Source: Blepharisma stoltei ATCC 30299 (Eukaryota > Protista > Ciliophora). From it: a DNA stretch of 64,000 bases. The notes beneath the pieces were generated by a model. It saw nothing but the letters and a program-made list of their open reading frames with translations. It had not been told where the DNA came from and searched no databases. Shown one piece after another: positions 11,611 to 23,100 of this stretch. The position numbers were made by a program, and so were the translations under genes. The first letter of the stretch is position 1. Every line of letters begins with the position of its first letter. The stretch is taken from NCBI GenBank assembly GCA_965603825.1, contig CBFDEM010000012.1, positions 248,001 to 312,000 on the forward strand, given 5' to 3'.

Positions 11611-13830
11611 ATGAAATCAATAGTCTCAAGACGCAGATGGTCTGCAGTTTCCCTGATAGAGCTTTCACAATATCCAGCAGACACTCTCGAGCCTGGAAAC
11701 AAACCTTTATTACCTTTAAGGCACCTAACAAAAGAAGATTTTTTCCCTGCAACCCCTATTGCAGACGACGATATCGAAAAGAGCAAATGGGTGATCCACC
11801 CTGAAAGTTCATGAAAACTCGTATGAGATATTCTCAATATGATGACAATTTTCTATCAAGCTGTAACTGTACCATTCTTCTTGGCCTTCACTGTTTCTGA
11901 TACGGAAACATGGAGTTTTATTGATGATGCGATCACAGTTTTCTATATCACTGACATGGCATTTTGTTTTAATACAGCATATTACCAAGGTGGAGCTGTA
12001 ATAGCTTCTAGGAAGCAAATAGCCAAGAATTATTTGAAATTATGGTTTTGGGTAGATCTTTTTACAACATTTCCTTATGATACAGTCATCTCTATGTCAT
12101 CTGGAAAAGACACTAACAGTAGTTATTCAAGCGCTGCTAAATTGTTGAGGATTTTGAAGTTTAATAGGATTTTAAGACTTATTAGGCTGGCAAAACTGAA
12201 GAAAATTTTGATTGAAGTTGAAGATTATATATCAAGCCATTATATAGCAAATTTACTAGTGTTTGTAAGATTAGTTGTTTTCGCGTTTTTTATCGCCCAT
12301 TGAACTGCCTGCATATGATATTATATTGCTCTAAACGATTCAGAAACTCATCCACAGACCTGGCTGAACACAGCTTATATGGAATCCACCAGCAATACAG
12401 AAGTCTATATAACAGCTTTATATTGGGCCTTTACCACAATGGCCACTGTAGGATATGGAGATATATACCCAATTACAAATAACGAAATCATCTTCGCAAT
12501 CATAGCAATGGCTGTTGCTTGCGGTATGTTTGCATACACAGTAGGTAGTATAGGAGGCCTAGTCTCCAAGCACAGCGCTGAAGAAAACGTATACCGAGAA
12601 CAATGCGTTGCTATCAATGCTTATATGAAGGACAAAAAGCTCTCGAATGATTTAAAATTCAGAGTAAGGAGATATCTTGACTATATTTGGGAAAACCTCA
12701 AACAAAGTATGATGGGAGAAAACGAAATCCTTGCCCTGCTGTCAGAGCCTTTGCGTGAAGAAATTTTTGTTCACACAAGAGGTCAGACGCTGAATATTTG
12801 CAGTTTGTTTAGCAGTTTTCAGAAACACTTTTTATTACAGTTAACGAAGCTTTTGGAGCCGAAGACTTTTGCCCCAAATGATTCTGTTTTTGAAGAAGGA
12901 GAAAAGAGTACAACACTTTATTTTATTCAAAATGGTATTGTGGAGTTATATCATCACGATACACAGTCTATCTTTAAAGAGCTTAAGTCTGATAATTATT
13001 TTGGCGAAATAGCTTTGTTTACTTTTAGGCCAAGGTGCTGCTCTGCGCGATGCTGCGAATTTGTCGAAACTTTGTCTTTATCAAGAGAAAAAATGGACAG
13101 CTTGCTTGAAAGAAACCCGGATGCAGCTAGAATTTGTGATTATTTTTACAAACAGTGCCAAGATGGCGACTTAAGCATATTGGGCGTCGCATGCTATCTC
13201 TGTGGGGAGGTAGGCCATGTTTCTCCTAACTGTAAGCGTGTTCTTCTCAATTTTGATAATGAAATACTCAAGAAAAAGTGGCTTAACTCTAGATCAGGAG
13301 AAAGCATATCAGTAAACCCTTACGAACTTCAAGAAAACAGAAGAGCTCGCAGGGTAAAAGCTTTGAAATACATGGCAGCTAATGTTGTGGGCTCCGAAAG
13401 AGACCCTTCAATATTATACAACGAAAATCCAGCCCTCACTAAAAAAATTAACAAATATCTAGACAAAGGCAGCCTCAGCGGTATTTTAGAGCCTGTCACC
13501 CCAAGACCAAGAGCAACCTCTTTCAGAGATCAAGCAAGGCCAGCTGTTGACCACATTCTTAATATGACTGAGCCTGACATTTTTGATGAAGATGCCAGCC
13601 CAATCCGAACTGACAAATTTGATAGAAGCTTAATCACAGCTAAAGGAGCAAGCGGAAGTGGCATAAAAGTAAGCAAAATAAGCCAGATCTTAGGGAATGA
13701 AGATGAGTATGAATTTGATAGCAATCCACAAGAACCTAGACAGTATTTGAGGATTCCTCAAAGCTTGCTTGGTGAAGATTCGCTGAAAGATATTTTTCCT
13801 GATGAAAGAATATATAGAAACTCCGGATAG
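11611..13830 (+). CDS. Second CNBD K+ channel (KCNH/HCN-like) with a CCHC zinc knuckle after the CNBD
   Basis: ORFs 11611, 11839 and 12379 share one frame, joined by TGA=Trp at conserved sites (SWKLVWD, HWTACIWYY). Pore YWAFTTMATVGYGD, CNBD YFGEIALF..PR, then CYLCGEVGHVSPNC. Ends at TAG. Confidence 0.94.
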
Positions 13831-13864
13831 CCATGATAATTTAATGAGAAAAATATTAACATGT

Positions 13865-14714
13865 TTACTGTATAAATGCAGGCTCTTTAGGATTTTCTCT
13901 AAGAATTAAGTCTGTACCATCAAAACTTAGTTTTGAGAGGAGAAGTGAATAGTCCTCTGTATTTTCCATTATGGAAGCAGCTTCGGAGGTATGAAGCTTT
14001 AAGGAGTATTTCTCAGGATTTTCTTTGTCAAAAAGAGAAATAAAAACATATCTATGTAGAATTTACTTAGAGTTTGCAGACACTTCTCCTATATAATAGC
14101 GGTCATTTATATGTAAAAGTTTTTTGCAAACAGTGAATGCTTTGGGAGAGTCATTTCTTTTAAAGATGTCGCCAAGATTCATGCTGAGATTTGACCTTTG
14201 ACTTGACGAAGAAGCTAACCTTCGTCTTGAATTAGTTCGTCGAAAATTAATTGAATTTTCGCTTAACCTACTTAAATGCTTTTCTGTTTCCTTTCTTTCC
14301 TGGCTCCACTTTAAAGTGCTATACGTTGGTTGTTGCTCTTGCATTCTTTTAAGCAAAGCATAATTTTCTATAGTTATTTGCACCAATTTTTTCTTTCTTT
14401 GTCCATCATTCAAGCTTTTTTTATATCTTATATTTGTAACACTTTTAGACCTTCTCGTTGATGATGCGATTACAGACATCTTCTCCAGGAGAATTCTGTT
14501 TTCCCTTTCAATTTCTGTGCATCTTTCTATATAATTTCTTACCTTCCCTAAGCCTATCTCCTTTAGGATTAAAGCTATAATGGGTGTATCTTTTGGGAGA
14601 TTTTGTGTTTACTCTTGGCTTTACTCTTTTTATGTTTGTAAGATGCATCGCCTTTGAACGGGCTTCGCTGATTCGGTCAAGTAAGCGATTTGCAGTTAGG
14701 GGATTTTTGTGCAT
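13865..14714 (-). CDS. CFAP97/KIAA1430 (hemingway)-family ciliary protein; introns 14527-14542 and 14052-14066
   Basis: After splicing: HLTNIKRVKPRVNTKSP...ERCTEIERENRILLEKM...SLNDGQRKKKLVQITIENYALLKRM...PTYS, typical of the CFAP97 domain. Confidence 0.85.
14052..14066 (-). other. 15-nt intron GTAAATTCTACATAG
   Basis: Removes an in-frame TAA; the downstream exon is open to TAA at 13865-13867. Confidence 0.82.
14527..14542 (-). other. 16-nt intron GTAAGAAATTATATAG
   Basis: Corrects the frameshift between ORFs 14508-14714 and 14063-14479 and creates the EIERENRILLEKM motif. Confidence 0.9.
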
Positions 14715-14850
14715 TTTAACTATGCTGTTAATAAATTGGAGTTTAATTATCCCTTTTTAATAGGTTATGCTGATAACGGTGTTAGAGCAATATTTGACCA
14801 GAATGCATAATTATATTCAAATGCATTTAAATTTATAAATTTAAAGAATA

Positions 14851-16293
14851 TTACATTTTGATATTTTCCAAAGAATTCGATAAATTTTCCCAATATTGAG
14901 TCGTTTTTTCTTCCTCAATATCTTCTTCAAACTTTCTATGAAATAGAGATCCCCGGTTAAATCCCCAGACATCTACTAAAAATTCGTTAAGTCTAAAGCC
15001 ACTTGCAATTATTTCGTTTTCTTGCTGTTTTTTTATATTCAATTGACTTTCAGGTATACCTTTAATTAGTCTTCATATCCCAGGCTTTTTAAAATTAAAA
15101 AATCCAGTCTTTGCAGGGTGCAAGTTACTATCAACCACCGCGCGCCCAGCCAGATGTGCTGGCATCAATTCACTAAATGTACCAGCAGCATCTGCATGAG
15201 TAGTCTGAAGTAAATCAGCAAGTTGGAAAGATTCATAGCACTCTGCAAGGTCATCAATATCTTCATAAAAGCAAATACAATTTTCCATTAAATATAACCA
15301 AAAAATAGAAGGATCACAAGGTGAATGATTAATCACGTCATCAGGATCAAAACTTAACTTCGGCCTGTGTTCTCTATCCCAAAGCTCAGCATAAGTCATG
15401 CATTTTGACTGTCCAGCAAAATCAATCCCTATCTAAATTTTACGTTTATTGTACATAAATTTTCCCAGTGAGTGAAAAAATCCAAATTTTGAACTTTCTT
15501 CTTCATTTATATTGGAAACATTTTGAGTTCTTCCCGAGCTTAATTTTAGTAATAATAGTTTATTTAAAGCAGTTCTCAAATTTCCGTTCGATATTTCTTC
15601 AATTTCTTCATAATCTGGATTTTTTATATCTCATTCAATATTGGCTCTTTTAAGTGCTTTTACCATAGGTCTTTTTCCTACTTCTCTGAATTGGATGACT
15701 TTGATAAATTGGCTTGCTTCTATACTAAAAATTTGAGGGATTTGGTTAGGCGAATAGTCACTCATAATAAAAATAATAAGCTTTGACAATCCCTTAAGAC
15801 ATTTATTTATGCACATTTGAAAATCTTCTTTTTGCTTATCATTATAAAACGTAGGCAAGCTATCAATAATGAGGACATTATTTATTTCTTTTGGAGCACA
15901 GCCAGGAATTTTTAGTGCCTTTTTAGTAGAAGATTGGAAGTTTAAGAAATTTATCAATTGATTGAGATATGAGACTGAATAAAGCTCGTCAGATTCTGCC
16001 TGCATTAAATCCTGCGGCTTTCAAAATGTGTATGTAAGATTATAGTTTTTAGCACAGCAAACGGCGCTTGCAGTTTTCCCGCATCCATAAGGGCCTAATA
16101 GGACTAATATTAGAGCTTTTCCAAGATTTATGAAGTTTTCGAATACGCTTTGAAGCTCGTTAAGCTTTTTTGGGCCGACTGCAAGATCTTCCTATTTAGT
16201 TGGTACCATTGCGAGCGATTCGAGCATCTGGTCGATTTCTACGCTATTTTCTTTGGAGATATCTTTGCGCTTTCTCTTAAGAGATTTTGCCAT
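14851..16293 (-). CDS. RAD17: Checkpoint clamp loader RAD17/Rad24 (AAA+); introns 16192-16206 and 15429-15443
   Basis: EDLAVGPKK, Walker A GPYGCGKT, LIIDSLP, GNLRTALN and FFHSLGKFMYNKR motifs, continuous with UGA=Trp and two 15-nt introns. Confidence 0.85.
15429..15443 (-). other. 15-nt intron GTAAAATTTAGATAG
   Basis: Phase 1, contains an in-frame TAG. Splicing gives YNKR-IDFAGQSKCMTY. Confidence 0.87.
16192..16206 (-). other. Putative 15-nt intron GTACCAACTAAATAG (atypical GTAC donor; encodes VPTK*)
   Basis: GT..TA(9-10)..AG structure; needed to bypass an in-frame TAG between the ATG and the Walker A motif. Confidence 0.62.
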
Positions 16294-16450
16294 TTATAAG
16301 TAAAAATGCAAACATAGTAATTATTGTTGAGATTAAAGAGATAAAATTAAAGTCTGAATTGCTAAATTAGAATATTTTAATATATAATTGTTGAAAAGTT
16401 ATAATTATTTGAGATCTATTTTTTTTGGCAATTAATAATTATTTTTAAGT

Positions 16451-17081
16451 ATGAGTGAAATTATCTTTCGTTATTTTGATTATACTTAGAGGAGAACTAT
16501 CTAGGATGAATCTTCATTATTCCGACACTCCATGCATTGAAAAAATTTATATCCGCAACACATGGCACGATATCAAAAATCAGGACTTTATAATTTCGAG
16601 CAATTAACTATACTTAAAATAGATGAATTGAAATCAATTCAAAGTTTATATATGAATGATATTTATGCCAGAAATTTAGATACTATCCTAGCGATCATTG
16701 AGAAATGCTTGACAAGATTTATTGAAGAAAAAATACAAAGATTTGGGTGATAATGATATTGAGGATTGAGATAATTGATGCCGAACTTATTTGCCTAATA
16801 TATTGAGATCAATACAAGCAATATATGAAAATAATTGGAACAACAGATTCCTTGGAGAGATTACTATCCTACTTTTGGAGATTTTGCATTTTTAGGTATA
16901 TTTATGACCACTTTATGAGGAGCATCTAGCTAAAAAAATGATACCATTTTTAAATGAGCAAGCGCCTAAATTATATTAGTTTATAATTTCCTTTTTGATA
17001 AATCAAGCTCTCTAGAAGATATTTGAGAAACAGACAGATCAAACCATATTAGAAGTTTTGGCAATATCTAAATTCTTCTAA
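16451..17081 (+). pseudogene. Degenerate ORF-like region with in-frame TAGs and a frame discontinuity near 16745
   Basis: The ATG 16451 frame has TAG at 16487 and 16502, then is open to 16750. A shifted frame runs to TAA 17079-17081 with TAG at 16893, 16977 and 17013. No recognizable family. Confidence 0.3.
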
Positions 17082-17132
17082 TGCTAATTTAATATTTATT
17101 TTTATATGCCTGCAAGAAGGAATTTTATATGC

Positions 17133-20100
17133 TTAGTCAATAACTCCATCTCCGATATCAGGCAGCTCGTTATTCACCATACTACGGTTTATTTCTGTTG
17201 GATTACTATTGAGGTCTACAACTCTCATATTTTCTTTCCTATTAACTCTAACCTGGTATTTATTTTGTGGAGGCGGGCTCTTTTGAAGTCCTTCTTTAAC
17301 AAGCTCATAGCACGTTTTTCCAAAAAGAGCTATTGACGAAACAGTTAGGATCCCCATAATTGCAATTGCAACTGAAATCAATGTTAATTCAAAATCGCTT
17401 TGCATACTTGACGATAGATCAAAGAGGCTAGCAGACATTAATCCCATAAAAATCATGGTGCATATTTCACTAAGAGTGTTAGTGATTTGAAGAATTGGCT
17501 CCTCATAAGGACGATACCTGATCAAATAAAGCACAGTTATAAATGAAAGCACAGTACTAATTGTAACTTGAGAAGCTGGATAGTCGTTAAGTAGAGCTAA
17601 ATTCATGATATAGATAAACCGTCTTCCGAAAAACAAAGAATAGTATTGGGTGCTCATAAGTCCTTGGTCATTTTTAAACTCATAAAAGAACGAACTTCAA
17701 AGTTTTTCGAAACCTTTTTCTCTTTCTTGAATTTTCGGCAAATTTTTATATGAGAGCATAAAAAATAACAAAGGAGAAACTGAAGCAAAAGACTAAATAA
17801 AATTTACAAAAACTACAAGACATATAATTGTATTAGTAGCTTGAGTCATGTTTCCAAAAGAAAACTAAATACAACTTACGTTTAATAATCCAATAAGTGC
17901 TGCAGCAGTAAAGTCTAAATAGCTTTGGATCCAGAACCTCACAAATACTGACCATTTGTAATTTTTTAAAATTCCAGCTAGTTTTTTAGCTAAGTATCTT
18001 TGAGAACAATTTGATAGGAAATAAACTACAGGAAGGGATGCTACAATCGCTCCAAGTGCTGTGATAGCGCTCCCAACATTAATTAGAAACAAATCAGTGT
18101 CATACCCATATTTTATTGCTTGAGTATATGGTGCAGTTCCTTGGCTTTTGTCGATGAAATATTCAAATAAGTTAGGCAAATAATAACTGCCATTCATGCT
18201 TGTCACAAATGCGTAAAATGAATCCGTCATTGGGATTTTGGTAAGGCCTAGATACGCGATGTAATTCAAAATATTCATCATGCTTCATAAGCTAGCAGGA
18301 TTAGGATTGATGAATGAGACTGCTACTGAGCTTCCAATAATTGATTGAACTGCTGCTGTTGTTTGGCTGGTAACTGCGCTAACAGCTTGGCTACTTGAAT
18401 ATGGATTGTAATAATAAAGAGCTCCAATCAAAGTGTCATCTTTAAGCAGGGCGTTTGCTTCAGATACAAAATATGTTAAATTTAACAATTTTACAACTAT
18501 TGGAGTTTTGCTGCTAACTTCAATAGAAAAAGATAGTGAAATTGAATAAAACTTGCTGCTTACCTTTTCTATTGTTCATGAGTAATCTGACAAAGAAGTA
18601 TTTTCAACACTGATGCTTAAGTCATATTGAGAAATTATATTCACAAGGTTTTCTGAAAAAGTAAGGTTTAAGGAATTATCGTCATTGACTGCCAAAAAGG
18701 CATCAAAATAGGCTGCATCACAATTAGTTCCGTTATGCCCAATTTTGCAAATGCAAGAATTGTTTTGCGATAATTCGGCAGTATCGATACATGTATAGCA
18801 AATTAATGAATCAAGGCAGGAAGTGCATTTACTCGAGCAGCTTTTGCATATTCCATTAACTGAATATTGGTTTATATCGCATTGCAGGCATTCTTCCATG
18901 GTTCTATTTAAATAGTATCCGTTATTGCATATGCACTCTCCAGATGCTAAGTAAGCATTTGCCTTGCAACGAAGGCAGGATCCAGCTATAAAATCGTTAC
19001 AGACACTGCAGATAACGTTATTGCACAAATTACAAGTGTTATCGTATCTCACACATCCAAGAGATAAACATTCATTTGTGCAGGAAGAACACTTCATCCC
19101 ATCCCAATACTCAGAAATCGGACAATTAGGAATGCAAGCTCCTGAATTGTCTATAGGACATAAAGAGCATTGTGAGCAAGTCAGAGAGTACAAAGATGAA
19201 AAATCAACAGCTTTATTCCAAATTTTAAGATCCCAAATGAATCCGGAGAAATAATTGCCAAATGCTGAACTCGATAAAAGAGATGAACCTATTGTAATTT
19301 TGAAGGAATCTTGTAGATCTTCGAACCAAGAAGAAGCTAAATCGCTTGATATATCCTGACCTGCGTTTACGCTGAAGGAAATTATTTGAGCTGGAGTTGC
19401 AGAAATACCAGAAGAAACTATCAATAAATTTCATTGATTTTGACTAAGACTGTTTGCGCTTGTATATAAAGCAGTTGATCCATCATTTAGCCTTATTTTT
19501 AAAGATGGACTTAGAGAAGATAAACTTAACTTCAAAATTGGCATTGCTGATGTAGAATTTGATTGCTTAGCAAATAAATCACATGAAGTTGCTGCAGGAT
19601 TAAGTCAAATTGAAATAGTGAATTTTGGAGAAAAAATTAAAGGCCTAGAGGATAAAGTCAGATTCATATATGATTTACCTGTAAAAAAGTATCCACGATA
19701 TTGAGCCGCATAAGGGTCTCTTTCTTGATAATTTGGATAGAAATTTGTATCGTTTCCTGTGCTTACAACAATACTTGATTGAAGATCAATGACTTCATCT
19801 TTTATTTGGTTTGGCTTGAAATTAAAAACATATGCATCTGATGAAGCAATTAAGCATTTATTCACCGACATTGAGTATCCAGTTGGACAGTATTTTATAC
19901 ATAAATTTTCTAATAGGTAGCGGCCACTAGAACAAGTTATGCAGCCAACAAATGTTAAGGATAAGCATGAGTCGCAAACATTATTGCAAATTTCGCAGCT
20001 CTCAGAAGAGTTAACCCAAAGTGCATTTGCATTGCATTGGCAAACTGTCCCTGAAAGACTTGCATTTGGTATACAGCTAAGGCAAGCTCCAGAGAAAGTA

Positions 20101-23100
20101 TTGCAAGACAAGCACTCCTTAGCTTTGCAAAGTCTACATGTTAAGCCACCTACACAGCCATGGCTGCATCCTGTTTTGCATGGGGTACAAGAAGTTGGAT
20201 AAGTGCTTAAGCTACAGTCACTTAGACATGTCAAACTTGCTGGGCATTGTGAGCAGCCACTACCACAGCCAGAAGTAGCCCAATCAGCTATTGCATGAGA
20301 ATCATCGTTATATACTTGCAGGTTTCATATGTATCCTGACCAACCATTGGCTAAGGTTTGATCTGCACCTAAGATCAAGCTTCCTGAAGCACTATCTCTG
20401 AAAAGGCTTGATGTCCCTGATATTTGAGTGCCAACTGAAGCGCCATTAATATAAGACGTGATCTTAGTAGTGCCATCTCCCAAAATTTGCCCAGAAAATG
20501 AGAAAAAGTTCCAAGAATTGAAAATACTTGAAGACCCTCCTGAAACTGAAATTGTCGTTCCGTCCAATAGTTTAATCGTGAGTGTTGGGACTCCAGCTGT
20601 AAAGCTTATAGAAAGATATACCGACCCATCATATTTTGTTAAAAAGTAGCCATCATTCAAGCCCTTTACCCAAGAAGAGAGAGAAAAGTAAGGGCTAAAT
20701 TTGAAGTTGGAAATCATATAGCTTGATCCTGTAAAGTAATACCCTCTTTGGATTGCTGGAATAGGGTCATAAGCATCCCAGCTTGGGTATGTATTTGTGC
20801 TATCACTTCCGACAGTAAATCCGCTTACAGTATCAAGGCGAAGCTGATCAATAAGATTTAAATACAGTGCAAGGGATGAATATAAGTCACAGTTATGTGT
20901 CGTAGAGTTTTGTGTGTATCCTGTAGGGCAGCTGGGCTCACAAAGATTATTTATGTAGTAATAAGAGCTCATACAAGATGAGCATTGATAATAGTTAAGT
21001 CCAGTGCATGCAGAACATCCGGTGCTACAAACAACACAGGAAAACCCATCTGATGATAAATAATATCCGATATCACACAAGCACACTGATCCTGAAGCAT
21101 GAATCACACAAGTCGTGCAAAGATTTGTTCCAAACCCAGTGCAGACACTGCAAAGCTTATCATCGCACACATTGCATGAAACCCCCCTTACACAGCCTAG
21201 AGAGCAACTGTTGCAAGCAGAGCATGTTCCTCCAGAGTTTTGATATGATCCAAAATCACAAGTCCATAAGCAAGTGCTTCCAAGTCCTGTCCCACAGATA
21301 TCATCATTTACTTGAGTGCTGAAGTCAGTAATTAGACTATTCCACATGTTGAAATTATATATAAACCCTGAGAAGCTGGAAGCAGTACTTTTGCCAATCA
21401 GAATAGTTTGAGAAGCGGCATCTCTAAAGATATAATTGCTTGTGCTGCTTGGAGTCCCTGCTGCATTGTTTATATAGACTGTAGCTGTAGTAGAGCCTGA
21501 AGAGTATGAAATAGCTATTGAATAATATGACCATCCTGAGGAGCTTATTACTCCAGTCGTAATAGTGGTTGTGATTAAGCTTGGGCTCTCTAGAATAATT
21601 GTTGCAGCTCCGCTAGAATTTATAATTAATCTATTTTGCTTTTCGAATAAATCTCCTGCAGTTTCTACATAAGCCCAAAACCCAAGTGAAAAGCTGTAAG
21701 ATAAATAAACGTCAATATTTGATTCTAAGTATTTTCCACTTGAAAAATATAGCCCCCTCTTCTTGGCAGGTATAGGATCGCTGGCTTCAGGACTATTGAA
21801 AAACTGATAAGTTGATGAGCTTGTAGCTGTTGTGAATATACCATACGATCCTGCAAAATTCTGATCGAAAGATTGAGTTATAACTTGAGAAGAAACACTT
21901 GTGCAACTCCCACCAAAACCATAAGGACACTCATGCAAGCAAACATTTCCAACAAGAGTTTCGCCTGTTGTACAAGCACTGCAGAGAAAATAGTAAGTTC
22001 CTGCACATTGAGTACACAAAGAATCACAATACTCACAAGTTTGAGAAGATTGAACTCAGAATGCGTTGGAATCGCATGCGCAGACTCCACTTGTTAAAGT
22101 AGCTCTGTCTATGCAGCTAGTGCAAGGTCCATCAAATAGTGTACATTCTTTACATTCTTTCTGCAAGCACAATCTACAAGTCAGAGAACTCCTACATCCA
22201 TATGGACTGCAGCTTGAGTCGCAAGTTGTGCATCCACTTGAATAAAACGATCCAAAATCACAGTTATCTGGGCATTTTAGCTCCGAAGGGCAGCTTGAGC
22301 ATCCACCAACACACCCGGTTGTTTTTCACTCGTCAAGGTAGTTCGAGTTTGAATTAAATACCTTTAAGCTTCACAAAAATCCAGTGAATCCATTGGTCCC
22401 AGACGATGCTCCAATCTTTAAATTGCCTAAATCAATGAATGGAGATGAGTTAGTGGATAGTTGACTTGCCGAAACAACCCCATCTGTATACAAATATATC
22501 TTCATTTTCCCACTGATAATATCACTTGTGAATGCAATATTGTGCCAACCATTAAAAAGATTTGAAGCTCCACTGACTGAAACAGTTGATAAGTCTTGAA
22601 GAGTTATCATTAAAGTAGGAACTCCGCCACTTGAAAATGAAATATTGAACATCTCGTCACTTCCGTTAATTTTTAGCATTAAGTATCCAGATGAAATAGG
22701 CTTAATCCAAACTGTGACTGTAAAGTAAGTATTTAATATTAGAGAGGTTGATGCCATATAGGAATTGGAAATGAAGTAGTAGCCACGGTATAATGAAGGG
22801 ACTGGATCAGTGCTTTCAAATGTAGGATAAGTGTTTGTGCCTGAGGAGCCAACTTGGACTCCACTCACTGTGTCTAACTGGATTAGGTCTTGGAACTGAA
22901 GACTGAAAGAAAGGTTTGAAACCAAGGTGCATTGATTATTTGTAGAGTCTTGGGTATATCCTGTAGGACAAACAGAGATGCAGAGTCCAGATATAAAGTA
23001 ATACATTGTTAAGCAAGAAGTGCATTGGTAATAGCTTGTACCAGAGCATCCTCCACACCCTGTAGTACAACCCCAAATACATGAAAACCCATCAGCTGCT

